Assembly (NCBI GenBank): GCA_964449435.1
Contig: CAYUYR010000010.1
Span: forward strand, 3,064-67,063
Length of the DNA stretch: 64,000 bases
Origin: an uncultured Planctomycetaceae bacterium
GTDB lineage: Bacteria > Planctomycetota > Phycisphaerae > Sedimentisphaerales > UBA12454
Reading direction: 5' to 3'
Shown: piece by piece, positions 34,146 through 45,150 of the stretch
Layout: the number at the start of each line of letters is the position of its first letter
Numbering within the stretch: the first letter of the stretch is position 1
Program-made: the position numbers and the translations under genes
Notes under the pieces: model-generated
Databases searched by the model: none
Told to the model about the DNA's origin: nothing
What the model saw: the letters and a program-made list of their open reading frames with translations, nothing else

Positions 34146-35432
34146 ATGGAAATTCAATCGGTAAAAGGGACAAGGGATTTTTATCCGGAAGATATGGCTA
34201 AACGCAATTTTATAGCCGACCTCTGGAAGCAGGTATCGCTGCGCAATGGCTTTGTCGAATATGACGGGCCGATTTTCGAGTATCTTGCGATGTACCGGCT
34301 CAAAAGCGGCGATGAAATAGCGTCTCAGCTTTTCGCGTTCGAGGACCGAGGCGAAAGAAAGCTCGCAATTCGTCCTGAAATTACGCCGACCCTTGCTCGT
34401 ATGGTCAACCAGAGAATCAACGCTCTGCCCCGACCGCTCAAGTGGTTCTCTGTTCCCCGGCTTTGCAGGGCGGAGCGTCCGCAAAAAGGCAGACTTAGAG
34501 AATTTTTTCAGTGGAATATCGACATCATCGGCGTTGACGATTGCCTTGCCGATGCGGAAGTTATTTTCTGCTCAGTCGATTACCTGATACAGACCGGCCT
34601 TACAAGCGATGATGTAGTTGTTAAAATTTCGAGCAGAAGACTTATGGCATCGCTGCTCGAATATTTCGGCATAGAAGAAAAGCAGCTCGAAAAAGTTTAC
34701 GGCGTTTTAGACAAGAAAAGTAAAGTGCCGCCGGAAATTTTCGAAAAAATGCTCGAAGAGGCAATTTCCGATTCGGATAAGCGTCAAAAAGCGCTGAAAC
34801 TTATGGCTGTCCAGTCTCTGGTAGAGCTTGAGAGTTTCGCTGGGGCCGACAAAAACGCCAACGATGCGCTCGAAGAGCTAAAAAAGCTGTTTAATTATCT
34901 TAATATAATGGGCATTTCTGAATTTTGCAAATTCGACATAGGTATTGTAAGAGGGCTTGCCTATTATACGGGCATAGTTTTCGAGATTTACGACAAATCC
35001 GAGCAGTTGCGGGCGATTTGCGGCGGCGGCAGATATGATAACCTGCTGTCGGATTTCGGCGGACAGAAAATCAGCGCAACCGGTATGGGTATGGGCGATT
35101 GCGTTCTCGGGATCGTGCTCGAAGAAAAGGGGATTTTCAAAAATCTTTTGCAAAAAAGCGGCATCGAATACTTTGTTGCTTTCGCCGATGAGTCTTTACG
35201 AAACGAATCGTTAAAAATTATCGCAAAACTCCGCAGGGCCGGACGCAAGGCAGACTTCAGTTATAAAGGCGGCTCATTGGGCAAGCAGCTCAAACAAGCA
35301 TCGGCGGTCAATGCGGCTGTGTGTGTAATCGTCGGCGAAGAATTCACGCAGAAAAAACTTTTCGCAGTCAAGGATATGAACAGCGGCAAACAGGATATTA
35401 TCGCGGCGGAAGATTTTTTCAGCCGACTGTAG
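34146..35432 (+). CDS. hisS: Histidine-tRNA ligase
   Basis: 428 aa with class II motifs: RPEITP, FSVPRLCRAERPQKGRLREFFQWNID, GGGRYDNL. An anticodon-binding C-terminal domain follows. Confidence 0.95.
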   Translation: MEIQSVKGTRDFYPEDMAKRNFIADLWKQVSLRNGFVEYDGPIFEYLAMYRLKSGDEIASQLFAFEDRGERKLAIRPEITPTLARMVNQRINALPRPLKWFSVPRLCRAERPQKGRLREFFQWNIDIIGVDDCLADAEVIFCSVDYLIQTGLTSDDVVVKISSRRLMASLLEYFGIEEKQLEKVYGVLDKKSKVPPEIFEKMLEEAISDSDKRQKALKLMAVQSLVELESFAGADKNANDALEELKKLFNYLNIMGISEFCKFDIGIVRGLAYYTGIVFEIYDKSEQLRAICGGGRYDNLLSDFGGQKISATGMGMGDCVLGIVLEEKGIFKNLLQKSGIEYFVAFADESLRNESLKIIAKLRRAGRKADFSYKGGSLGKQLKQASAVNAAVCVIVGEEFTQKKLFAVKDMNSGKQDIIAAEDFFSRL

Positions 35433-35441
35433 GGAAATCGG

Positions 35442-35972
35442 ATGGCGCAAATTGCCGGTAATCATTATGAAAAGGCATTTGAAAGCTGGCTGAAAGATAA
35501 CGGGATTCAATATCTCCTTGTTGACCAGCAAAAAAGGACGGCGTTTTCGAGGAGCAAAATTAAAAGTTTCGATTTTCTTTTTTATACGCCGGATTCGAGA
35601 GCTTATATCGCGGAAGTAAAAGGGCGGAAATTTTCAGGCAAAACTTTCACCGCTTTCGGCAGTTTGCCGAATTGGGTAACAAGCGACGATATCAGAGGAC
35701 TTGAGAACTGGGTCGAAATTTTCGGCGGCCGATATCAGGGGTTGTTCGTCTTTACCTATGAGCTTGAAAATATCGACGTCGATACCGACGGTAGAGAAAT
35801 TTATGAATATCTCGGCAGACGCTATGTATTTGTCGCTATTAGACTTAGAGATTATAAGAAAGGGGCGGCCAAGCGGAGTGAAAAATGGCAAACCGTGCAT
35901 TTGTCCGCGGAATTTTATAAAAATTGTATTATCGATGCGGACGAATTGATTTGCAGAAAGGTTAGATTGTGA
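35442..35972 (+). CDS. HYExAFE family protein (uncharacterised)
   Basis: 176 aa. The N-terminus has the eponymous HYEKAFE motif. The family name is from my memory of NCBI naming. Confidence 0.7.
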   Translation: MAQIAGNHYEKAFESWLKDNGIQYLLVDQQKRTAFSRSKIKSFDFLFYTPDSRAYIAEVKGRKFSGKTFTAFGSLPNWVTSDDIRGLENWVEIFGGRYQGLFVFTYELENIDVDTDGREIYEYLGRRYVFVAIRLRDYKKGAAKRSEKWQTVHLSAEFYKNCIIDADELICRKVRL

Positions 35973-36949
35973 GTGATAAAGTCGCACAAATTGCACAAGA
36001 AATATTAGACGGCAAAATCATCGACAGGGCCGAGATAGAATATCTTTTTTCGCTCGGCGATGGAGATTTCGACGACCTGCTGTACTGGGCGAATCGAATA
36101 CGCGAAAAGTTTTTCGGCAAAAAGGTAAAAGTCTGTTCAATCGTTCCCGGCAGGCTCGGCGGGTGCAGTCAGGACTGCAAATTCTGCGCACAATCGTCAA
36201 GATACGAAACATCGTTTAAGAAAACCGAAACGCTCAGCGATGAGGAAATTTTAAGAGCCGCAAAAAAGGCTAAAGAAAAAGGCGTGCCGAACTTCGGCAT
36301 AGTTTACAGCGGCAAAACCATAAGCGAAGAAGAAATGACACGGCTCGAAAAATTAATTCCTAAAATCAAGAACGAAATCGGTATCGGCGTCTGCGGAGGG
36401 TTCGGGATAATTAACTATGAACAAGCTGTCAGATTAAAAAAAGCCGGAATGTCGAGATATAACCATAACCTTGAGACTTCACGGAATCATTTTAAGGATA
36501 TCGTAACGACACACGATTACGATTCACGCATCGAGACTGTAAAAGCGGCCAAAAAGGCCGGACTGGGGTTATGTACAGGGGGGTTATTTGGTATCGGTGA
36601 AAATGATGCCGACAGAATCGATATGGCACTGGAATTAAGAGAGCTTGGCGTCGATATGGTGCCGATGAATTTTCTGCATCCGATAGCCGGTACGCCTTTA
36701 GCTGATATGCCGACGATGCAGCCGAGAGAGATTCTGCGATTAATTGCCTTATATCGTTTTGTTTTGCCGAAGGTTTATATAAAAGCGGCAGGCGGCAGGG
36801 CCTTAAATCTTCGCGATATGCAAAGCTGGATTTTTTACGCCGGTGCAACGAGCATAATCAGCGGCGATTACCTCACAACGGCGGGCAGAGCGGTTGAAGA
36901 TGATTTGCGAATGCTCAAAGATTTAGGTCTTGAGGCGGAATTAGCGTGA
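35969..36949 (+). CDS. bioB: Biotin synthase
   Basis: 326 aa with the radical SAM motif CSQDCKFCAQS and YNHNLETS. GTG start overlapping the upstream gene by 4 nt. Confidence 0.93.
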   Translation: MSDKVAQIAQEILDGKIIDRAEIEYLFSLGDGDFDDLLYWANRIREKFFGKKVKVCSIVPGRLGGCSQDCKFCAQSSRYETSFKKTETLSDEEILRAAKKAKEKGVPNFGIVYSGKTISEEEMTRLEKLIPKIKNEIGIGVCGGFGIINYEQAVRLKKAGMSRYNHNLETSRNHFKDIVTTHDYDSRIETVKAAKKAGLGLCTGGLFGIGENDADRIDMALELRELGVDMVPMNFLHPIAGTPLADMPTMQPREILRLIALYRFVLPKVYIKAAGGRALNLRDMQSWIFYAGATSIISGDYLTTAGRAVEDDLRMLKDLGLEAELA

Positions 36950-37563
36950 GAATTATTGCCGGCACAAAAAGAGGGATGACAATTTTGCCGCCGAAAGGCA
37001 GCAATACCCGGCCGATAACCGACCGTATAAAGGAATCTATATTCGATGTCCTTTACAAGTACAATCTTATAGAAGACCGAATCGTTGCGGATTTATTTTG
37101 CGGCGCAGGCTCTTTCGGCCTTGAGGCTTTGAGCAGGGGGGCCAAAGAAGCGGTCTTTATCGATACCGACAGAAAAGCGATTGAAATCATCAGAAAGAAT
37201 ATAGATAAAACCGAATTCATAGCTCAATCACGAGTGGTTTGCGCAAATGCGTTTAAGATTGGCGCCCCGGCTGGTGCGGGACAAAAATGCTCGCTCGTTT
37301 TCGTTGACCCGCCTTATGTAATGAGCAGAGAAACTGACACGAACTCCCGTCTGGCAGGACTTTTGGAACTTTTAGCCGTTCAGATTGCAGATGACGGATT
37401 GGCCGTAGTTAGAACGGAAAAAAAGATAAATCTTCTCGACAGTTACGGCTCTTTGAGGATAATTGATAAGAGAATATGGAGTACAATGACAGTAACTTTT
37501 CTGGCGTTGAGGGCAAATGACCGGCAAACAGGCGGCAATACAGATAATTCGCAAACTGCGTAA
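36946..37563 (+). CDS. rsmD: 16S rRNA (guanine966-N2)-methyltransferase
   Basis: 205 aa with RPITDRIKESIF, DLFCGAGSFGLEALSRGA and VFVDPPY. Confidence 0.88.
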   Translation: MRIIAGTKRGMTILPPKGSNTRPITDRIKESIFDVLYKYNLIEDRIVADLFCGAGSFGLEALSRGAKEAVFIDTDRKAIEIIRKNIDKTEFIAQSRVVCANAFKIGAPAGAGQKCSLVFVDPPYVMSRETDTNSRLAGLLELLAVQIADDGLAVVRTEKKINLLDSYGSLRIIDKRIWSTMTVTFLALRANDRQTGGNTDNSQTA

Positions 37564-38728
37564 AGCGGGTTTTGAGGCTTTATTGGCGGGCGGATGTGTG
37601 CGCGATATGCTCTGCGGCAAAAAGCCCAAAGACTATGATGTCGTTACCAGTGCCAAACCTGCCGAGGTTTGCAGATTATTTCGCAGAACAATCAAAGTCG
37701 GCGCAAAATTCGGCGTAATCATCGTAATGCTCGATAAGCACCAGATAGAAGTCGCCACATTCAGGGCCGAGACGGGATATAGCGACGGCAGACGGCCGGA
37801 CAAGGTGAGCTTTACCTGTGCCAAAGAAGATGCACTGCGAAGAGACTTTACAATAAATGGTATGTTTTACGACCCGCTGAAAAAAGAGGTTATTGATTAC
37901 GTTGGCGGCAGAGGTGATTTAAAGAAAAAAACCATAAGGACCATAGGCAAACCCGCTGAAAGGTTCAGCGAAGATTATTTGAGAATGTTAAGGGCGGTTC
38001 GCTTTTCCGCTCAGCTTGATTTTAAGATTGAAAAAAATACTTTAAACGCGGTAAAAAAACACTCCGCCAATATCGTAAAAATCAGCGGCGAGAGAATTGC
38101 TATGGAGATTGAGTCGCTTTTCGCCGCTGCGAAACGAAAAAAAGGTGTAAAACTGCTGAACGAAACGGGTCTTGCGAAACATATTTTTCCGATTTTTCGA
38201 AGCAAATCGAAAGCCCAATTCGCAGTAAAGGTTTTTGAGTTTTTGCCGAGGCAGATAACGTTTGAACTTGCTGTCGCGGCTCTTTTTGCAGGCTGCGATA
38301 GCGGCCAGGTAATGAAAAATCTGGAAGTTCTGAAGCTCAGCAGAAATCAGTTGAGGTACATAAAATTCCTGCTCGAAAAGAAGGATTTTCTATTGGAAGA
38401 TTTATCCCTTGTTCAGCTTAAAATGGTTGTCGCCGAGCCATATTTTGAGGATTTATATCTTCTGCAAAGGGCGATTCAAAAGGCTGAAAAAAGGAGTCTT
38501 TCGGCACTTTCGGCGGTTCGCAGAAGGGCGAATGCTCTGGCTGGCAGGGAATTAAAGCCTAAACCTCTGCTTAACGGTTATGAAATTATTAAGCTTGGCG
38601 CAAAACCCGGCCCGCAGGTAGGGCTTGTCGCTAAAGGGCTTTATATCGAGCAGCTTTCTGAGAGAATTAGCGATAAACAAAAGGCTGTAAATTGGGTAAG
38701 GGACTGGCTGAAAAAACACAAGAGCTGA
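37517..38728 (+). CDS. cca: CCA-adding enzyme / poly(A) polymerase family tRNA nucleotidyltransferase
   Basis: 403 aa with GGCVRDML..KDYDV and RRDFTINGM. It overlaps rsmD by 47 nt. Confidence 0.88.
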   Translation: MTGKQAAIQIIRKLRKAGFEALLAGGCVRDMLCGKKPKDYDVVTSAKPAEVCRLFRRTIKVGAKFGVIIVMLDKHQIEVATFRAETGYSDGRRPDKVSFTCAKEDALRRDFTINGMFYDPLKKEVIDYVGGRGDLKKKTIRTIGKPAERFSEDYLRMLRAVRFSAQLDFKIEKNTLNAVKKHSANIVKISGERIAMEIESLFAAAKRKKGVKLLNETGLAKHIFPIFRSKSKAQFAVKVFEFLPRQITFELAVAALFAGCDSGQVMKNLEVLKLSRNQLRYIKFLLEKKDFLLEDLSLVQLKMVVAEPYFEDLYLLQRAIQKAEKRSLSALSAVRRRANALAGRELKPKPLLNGYEIIKLGAKPGPQVGLVAKGLYIEQLSERISDKQKAVNWVRDWLKKHKS

Positions 38729-38771
38729 CCTTGCAAAGGGGGCTTTTTTATGTTATTATAGTTTTCGATAC

Positions 38772-38844
<73 letters not shown>

Positions 38845-39094
38845 TTGTGAGGGTGCTAAAAAACTTTCCCGTTTTTGTAAAGACAGATGTGCCGTTCGCA
38901 GCGAAGCGAAGAACGGCTCTCAAGAACGGCAAGACTATGTTGCCAGAAATTGACTGGATGAGCAACAGCGGGGTATGTAAACGGCAGAGCCAAATGCTGC
39001 TAACCAGGAAGCACAAGACCATTGGCAGTTTTGATATCTTCAGATTCGTGGCTTAATTTTACCTCACAGCCAATATGACGAAAGGCATTAAAGG

Positions 39095-40207
39095 TCATTT
39101 TCCTATTAATTCGATAAAGGCCTCAAAAAGGTAGCTTGAGTCATGTGGGCCGGGCGAGGCTTCGGGGTGGTACTGGACGGAAAAAGCACGAAGTTCTTTA
39201 CATCGAATGCCTTCGACAGTGTTATCATTTAAGTTCATATGAGTTAATTCTATGTCCTTGTTCTTGAGTGAGTCCATATCAACGCAGAAGCCGTGGTTTT
39301 GACTGGTAATCTCGATAGTTCCGGTTTGCAGATTCTTGACAGGGTGATTTGCACCTCTGTGTCCGAATTTGAGTTTATAAGTTTTTCCTCCAAGTGCTAA
39401 TGAAAGAATTTGATGGCCGAGACATATTCCGAAAATAGGCAACTTACCAAGAAGACTTTTTACTGTGTCAACAGCATAGTTTACAGGAGCAGGATCGCCC
39501 GGGCCGTTACTTAAGAATACGCCATCCGGTTTTTGGATGAGAACTTCCTCAGCGGAAGCAGCAGCGGATACGACCTTAACATCACAGCCATGGGAACAAA
39601 GGAGTCTGAGTATATTGTGTTTTATGCCGAAATCGAAAGCGACGACCTTATATTTTTTTTTGGGCTTCTGTTTGTTTGGGTTTAATATATCAATTACAGA
39701 TTTATTCCAGGAGTATGGTTTTTTGACAGTAACATCCTTGACAATGTCTCTGCCAACAAGGCCAGGATAACTTTCCAGCTTCTTTTTTAGATTGCTGATA
39801 TCAAGATCGGTTGAGGAAATAATGCCTTTCATCGCACCTTCCGTTCGAATATGTTTTACAAGCGTTCTTGTATCGATTCCTTCAAGGCCAATTACGTTGT
39901 TAGCTTCTAAGTAGTCGCTCAGGGAATCTTTGTTTCGCCAATTACTTGGATACGAGCAGTTTTCTTTGACGATAAAGCCGCTTGCGAAGACTTTTTCTGA
40001 TTCCCAATCACAGTTGTTAGTGCCATAATTGCCGATCAACGGATATGTCATTGTTATTATCTGTTCGTTATAAGATGGGTCGGTCAGTATCTCTTGATAT
40101 CCTGTCATACTGGTATTGAATACAACTTCTCCGCATTTCTGGCCTTTAGCTCCAAAAGAAGTACCCCCAAAAATCGTACCATCTTCAAGTAATAAAATAG
40201 CTTTCAA
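39095..40207 (-). CDS. carA: Carbamoyl-phosphate synthase small (glutaminase) subunit
   Basis: 370 aa with the GATase triad context FGICLGHQ and VQYHPEASPGPHD. Confidence 0.96.
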   Translation of the reverse strand: MKAILLLEDGTIFGGTSFGAKGQKCGEVVFNTSMTGYQEILTDPSYNEQIITMTYPLIGNYGTNNCDWESEKVFASGFIVKENCSYPSNWRNKDSLSDYLEANNVIGLEGIDTRTLVKHIRTEGAMKGIISSTDLDISNLKKKLESYPGLVGRDIVKDVTVKKPYSWNKSVIDILNPNKQKPKKKYKVVAFDFGIKHNILRLLCSHGCDVKVVSAAASAEEVLIQKPDGVFLSNGPGDPAPVNYAVDTVKSLLGKLPIFGICLGHQILSLALGGKTYKLKFGHRGANHPVKNLQTGTIEITSQNHGFCVDMDSLKNKDIELTHMNLNDNTVEGIRCKELRAFSVQYHPEASPGPHDSSYLFEAFIELIGK

Positions 40208-40215
40208 TTTTGCTC

Positions 40216-43200
40216 CTAACTGTAATAATGCTGAATTGGCTTTACACTTAGTTTTCTTTCTTTCATCGCTGCAATAGCTTTCACCACCGCTGCCGCCCCC
40301 CTTATCGTTGTTACATACGGAATTTGTTTATCAAGAGCAGTCCTTCTTATCGAGAAAGAATCCTTGATAGATTGAGCACCTATCGTTGTATTTATTATAA
40401 GACTGATTTTACCATTTATTATCCAATCAACTATATTTGGCCTGCCCTCACTTATTTTCAGTACAAACTCAGATGGTATATTATTGTTTATAAATTCGAT
40501 ACAGGTGCCTTTTGTTGCGACAATTTTAAAGCCCATTTGCTGTAATGCACCTGCAAGCCTAACAGCTTTTTTCTTATCATCATCCCTGACACTAAAAAGG
40601 ACATTGCCGCTCATGGGCAGACTGTTGCCGGCGGCTAACTGAGATTTTGCGAAAGCTGTTGCAAAATCATCTGATAAACCCATAACTTCACCGGTCGAAA
40701 GCATTTCCGGCCCAAGCAATGTATCTATGCCGGGAAACTTTAAGAATGGGAATACTGCCTCTTTCACTGAGAAATGCTTTGGGTGAATTTCCTTAGTGAA
40801 GTTCAATTCTTCCAAAGTCATCCCCGTCATCACCTTTGTTGCAAGCTTGGCTAAAGGTATACCAATTGATTTGCTGACAAACGGGATTGTTCGGGATGCA
40901 CGGGGGTTGACTTCAAGTATATAAATTTCATTATCTTTTACAGCAAACTGAATGTTCATCAGACCTTTAACTTTTAATTCTATTGCTAAAAGTTTTGTCT
41001 GCCGCTTGATATCTTCAAGGATTTTTCCGCTTATTGAAACCGGCGGCAGTGAACAGGCACTATCACCGGAATGGACACCAGCTTCTTCAATATGTTCCAT
41101 AACCCCGGCAACTACTACTCGCTTACCATCACTTATAGCATCGACATCCAGTTCTGTTGCATCGTCAAGAAATTTATCTATTAAAATCGGGTGTTCACCT
41201 GAAGCTTCAATTGCATTTTCAACACAGGCTCTAAGTGATTTTTCGTCATGAACGATCACCATTGCACGGCCTCCCAGCACAAAAGATGGCCTGATCAGTA
41301 AAGGAAATCCGAGTTTTTTCGCAATTTTCAAGGTTTCTTCGTATGTAGTGGCGGTCCCGCTGTAAGGCTGACGAAGCTTTAATTTTTTGACCATCTTGTT
41401 GAAACGCTTGCGGTCCTCAGCCTGGGCAATACTGTCAGGTGAGGTGCCGATTATCTTCACACCTGCTTTTTCCAAAGGAACAGCTAATTTTAATGGCGTC
41501 TGCCCGCCAAATTGAACAATAACTCCATCGGGTTTTTCTTTTTCAATAATACTCATTACATCTTCAAATGTTAGAGGCTCAAAGTAAAGTCTATCGGAAG
41601 TATCATAGTCGGTGCTCACTGTCTCGGGATTGCAGTTTACCATTATTGATTCGATGCCTATTTCCTTCAGTGCGAAGGCTGCATGGACACAGCAATAATC
41701 GAATTCGATACCCTGACCTATGCGATTAGGGCCACCACCAAGGATGATAACTTTCTTTCTATTGGTAGGGTTTGCTTCACATTCGCTTTCGAAAGTTGAG
41801 TAAAGATAGGGAGTGTGTGCCTCAAATTCGGCTCCGCAGGTGTCAACGGTTTTGTAGACAGTATCTACTCGCATCTGTTGACGATGTTTTCTAAAATTTT
41901 CTTCTGGCATATCAAACAAAGACGCCAGGTATTTGTCGCTGAAACCATATTCTTTAGCTTTGCGCATTAAACCCGGCCCCAGTTTATTAAAATCAGTTGA
42001 CTTGATTTTTTTCTCTAAGCTGACAATATCGTTAATGTTATTGAGGAACCATGGGTCAATTTTTGTTAGATTAAACAATTCATCAGTTGAGACATTTCTT
42101 CTGAAGGCATCAGCGACATACCATATTTTATCCCAGCAATTTGTTTGCAGTTTTTTCTTTAACTGGGACAAAGTAAGCTCACCATTGGTATGCTTTTTGT
42201 CGAGCGAGTAACGGTCTATTTCCAGAGAACGTATGGCTTTCTGTAGCGCTTCCTTGAATGTCCTGCCAATTGCCATAGCTTCACCGACGGACTTCATCTG
42301 CACACTAAGCTCAGGATTGGTTTTGGGAAACTTTTCGAATGTAAATCGCGGCCATTTAACAACACAGTAGTCAATGGTAGGCTCAAAACAAGCTGGTGTT
42401 TTTTTGGTAATATCATTGGGAATTTCATCTAAGGTGTAACCCACTGCCAACAACGAAGCTATTTTGGCAATGGGAAAACCTGTGGCCTTGGATGCAAGGG
42501 CAGAGCTTCGCGAAACACGGGGATTCATCTCGATTACATAGAGCTTACCATTTTCGGGATTGACGGCAAATTGTATGTTCGAACCGCCGGTCTCAACACC
42601 GATAGCACGTATAATCTTTATCGCCGCATCTCGCATAATCTGATATTCTTTATCAGTGAGTGTCTGCGCAGGAGCAACGGTGATGCTGTCTCCGGTATGG
42701 ATACCCATAGGGTCAAGGTTTTCAATCGAGCAAATAATAACGACATTGTCTTTTCTGTCTCTCATTACCTCGAGTTCATATTCTTTCCAGCCAATGACGG
42801 ATTCTTCCACAAGAACCTGATTCTTGGGACTCAAGTTTAATCCCCAATGGATATATTTATTATATTCTTCAATATTGTAAGCCACATTTCCACCCATGCC
42901 GCCCAATGTGTATGACGGCCTTATGATAGCTGGAAAACCAACATATTTAATTATTTCCTGAGCCTCTTTCCAACTGTGAGCATATCCGCTCTTGGGAACT
43001 TCCAGGCCAATATCCCCAATAATCTTTTTGAACTTATCTCGCTCTTCAGCCCTTTTAATCGATTTTAGATTTGCCCCAAGCAGCTTAACGTTATATTTTT
43101 TCAGGATTCCTCTTTCCGCCAAAGCCACGGCAGCATTCAAACCTGTTTGCCCACCCAATGTTGGCAGGAGACTGTCCGGCTTTTCTACGCAGATTATTTT

Positions 43201-43425
43201 TTCGATTATTTCCGGAGTAATTGGTTCAATGTAAGTTCTATAGGCCATCTCAGGGTCGGTCATTATCGTTGCAGGATTGCTGTTAACCAGTATAACTTTG
43301 AATCCCTCCTGCTTTAGAACCTTGCACGCCTGTGTGCCGGAATAGTCAAATTCACAGCCCTGACCTATAACAATAGGGCCGGAACCTATAATTAATATTT
43401 TTTTGATGTCTTTCCGTTTCGGCAT
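40216..43425 (-). CDS. carB: Carbamoyl-phosphate synthase large subunit
   Basis: 1069 aa with duplicated ATP-grasp halves ([19 protein letters not shown] and [18 protein letters not shown]) and an MGS-like C-terminus. Confidence 0.97.
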   Translation of the reverse strand: MPKRKDIKKILIIGSGPIVIGQGCEFDYSGTQACKVLKQEGFKVILVNSNPATIMTDPEMAYRTYIEPITPEIIEKIICVEKPDSLLPTLGGQTGLNAAVALAERGILKKYNVKLLGANLKSIKRAEERDKFKKIIGDIGLEVPKSGYAHSWKEAQEIIKYVGFPAIIRPSYTLGGMGGNVAYNIEEYNKYIHWGLNLSPKNQVLVEESVIGWKEYELEVMRDRKDNVVIICSIENLDPMGIHTGDSITVAPAQTLTDKEYQIMRDAAIKIIRAIGVETGGSNIQFAVNPENGKLYVIEMNPRVSRSSALASKATGFPIAKIASLLAVGYTLDEIPNDITKKTPACFEPTIDYCVVKWPRFTFEKFPKTNPELSVQMKSVGEAMAIGRTFKEALQKAIRSLEIDRYSLDKKHTNGELTLSQLKKKLQTNCWDKIWYVADAFRRNVSTDELFNLTKIDPWFLNNINDIVSLEKKIKSTDFNKLGPGLMRKAKEYGFSDKYLASLFDMPEENFRKHRQQMRVDTVYKTVDTCGAEFEAHTPYLYSTFESECEANPTNRKKVIILGGGPNRIGQGIEFDYCCVHAAFALKEIGIESIMVNCNPETVSTDYDTSDRLYFEPLTFEDVMSIIEKEKPDGVIVQFGGQTPLKLAVPLEKAGVKIIGTSPDSIAQAEDRKRFNKMVKKLKLRQPYSGTATTYEETLKIAKKLGFPLLIRPSFVLGGRAMVIVHDEKSLRACVENAIEASGEHPILIDKFLDDATELDVDAISDGKRVVVAGVMEHIEEAGVHSGDSACSLPPVSISGKILEDIKRQTKLLAIELKVKGLMNIQFAVKDNEIYILEVNPRASRTIPFVSKSIGIPLAKLATKVMTGMTLEELNFTKEIHPKHFSVKEAVFPFLKFPGIDTLLGPEMLSTGEVMGLSDDFATAFAKSQLAAGNSLPMSGNVLFSVRDDDKKKAVRLAGALQQMGFKIVATKGTCIEFINNNIPSEFVLKISEGRPNIVDWIINGKISLIINTTIGAQSIKDSFSIRRTALDKQIPYVTTIRGAAAVVKAIAAMKERKLSVKPIQHYYS

Positions 43426-43470
43426 CGTTTCCTTTCTCGATTCCTTTAAATCATTAACATCAGTATTCTC

Positions 43471-45132
43471 TTATTTACCATTAAAACCCTCAGAAGTATA
43501 AAGGTTCGTTATTGGCATTCGCCTGTCTTTACCAAATGCTTTCGGAGTGATTTTAATCCCAGGCGGTAATTGCCTTCTTTTATATTCGCTGCGATCAACC
43601 ATATTAATTACCTGTTTAACAACAGTTTTTGGCAAGCCTTCTTCAATCAACTGAGAAGCTGACTTATCCTCTTCCACATAACCTTTAAGTACTCTATCAA
43701 GCCTGTCATACTGTGGCAACGAGTCGATATCTTTTTGATTTTCTCTGAGTTCTGCACTTGGAGGCCGTTTTATAACGCTGGGAGGGATAATTGGATGATG
43801 ATGGATGTTGTTGATGTATTCGGCTAATTGATAAATCATTGTTTTGGGCACATCCTTCAGGAGCGCAAAACCACCGGCTGTATCGCCATAAAGGGTAGCA
43901 TATCCAACAGCAGTTTCGCTTTTGTTGCTTGTAGTCAAGACAAGATAGCCATATTGATTGCTCAAAGACATTAGTATGCATCCGCGAATCCTTGCCTGCA
44001 AATTTTCATAAGCTATTCCATCAGTTGTCCATTTATCAAATTTACCAAACAAATTGTTGAACTTATCAAGTACCGTTTCTATAGGGACACTATAGAACTC
44101 AATATCGAGATTCTCAGCCAGTATTTGGGCATCTTTAATCGTCTGGGGACTATTGAAGTTCGATGGCATGGTTATCCCGACAACATTTTTTGCTCCTAAA
44201 GCATCTACAGCAATAGCAGCAGTCAGAGATGAATCTATACCGCCGCTAAGGCCGATTATGACTTTGGAAAAATTGTTTTTTCGTACATAATCTTTGGTTC
44301 CAAGTATCAAGGCATTATAGACCTCAATAATTGAATCAATCGGTGTAGAATTGCAGGCTTTATAGTTTTTCAGGCTTTTGACGTTAATCCTGCCATTGCT
44401 GTTGACCGCCGAAAAATCTGCCATCAACATATCTTCTTCAAAAGCCTTTGCCTGACAGACAATTTGCCCCAAAGAATCAACAAACATACTTCGGCCATCA
44501 AATATCAATTCATCCTGACCGCCAACAAGATTGCAGTAGGCAGCAGCACAATTAAAATGCTTTGCACACTGACTAAGAATTTGCTGTCGCTGTTCGATTT
44601 TGCCTGTGTGAAAAGGAGACGCTGCGATATTTATGATTATGTTTATTGGCGGCGTTTTCTCAAATAAGTTATCCATCCATTTGAGTCGCCATATATCCTC
44701 ACAAATTGTGAAACCGAAAGTAAGGTTGCCTATTTTCATATACATTGCTTCGGTGCCGGGACGAAAATAGCGTCTTTCGTCAAAAACGCCGTAATTAGGC
44801 AGAACACTTTTATGGTAGATTTTTTTAACTCGGCCTTCTTGCAGCACTGCGAGCGAATTGCAATAGCCTTTTTCGTTAGCCTCTGCAAAACCGATAATGA
44901 TGGTAATATCTGGACAATTCTTTGCCAAATGCTCGACAGCTAATCGATTATCATTTAGAAACTGCTCTTTAAGCAGCAAATCTTCAGGAGGATACCCGCA
45001 GATGCTCATCTCAGGGAATACCACAATATCTGAACCAAGCTCAAAAGCTTTGATACTCAAATCCTGCATCCGGTTGACATTGCCCTTAATGTCACCGACT
45101 GAGGCGTTAAATTGTGCTAATGCTATTCTCAT
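43471..45132 (-). CDS. nadE: Glutamine-dependent NAD+ synthetase
   Basis: 553 aa with an N-terminal CN-hydrolase domain (VFPEMSICGYPPED) and a C-terminal N-type ATP-PPase motif (LSGGIDSS). Confidence 0.95.
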   Translation of the reverse strand: MRIALAQFNASVGDIKGNVNRMQDLSIKAFELGSDIVVFPEMSICGYPPEDLLLKEQFLNDNRLAVEHLAKNCPDITIIIGFAEANEKGYCNSLAVLQEGRVKKIYHKSVLPNYGVFDERRYFRPGTEAMYMKIGNLTFGFTICEDIWRLKWMDNLFEKTPPINIIINIAASPFHTGKIEQRQQILSQCAKHFNCAAAYCNLVGGQDELIFDGRSMFVDSLGQIVCQAKAFEEDMLMADFSAVNSNGRINVKSLKNYKACNSTPIDSIIEVYNALILGTKDYVRKNNFSKVIIGLSGGIDSSLTAAIAVDALGAKNVVGITMPSNFNSPQTIKDAQILAENLDIEFYSVPIETVLDKFNNLFGKFDKWTTDGIAYENLQARIRGCILMSLSNQYGYLVLTTSNKSETAVGYATLYGDTAGGFALLKDVPKTMIYQLAEYINNIHHHPIIPPSVIKRPPSAELRENQKDIDSLPQYDRLDRVLKGYVEEDKSASQLIEEGLPKTVVKQVINMVDRSEYKRRQLPPGIKITPKAFGKDRRMPITNLYTSEGFNGK

Positions 45133-45150
45133 AATCAGTTATTGCTTACT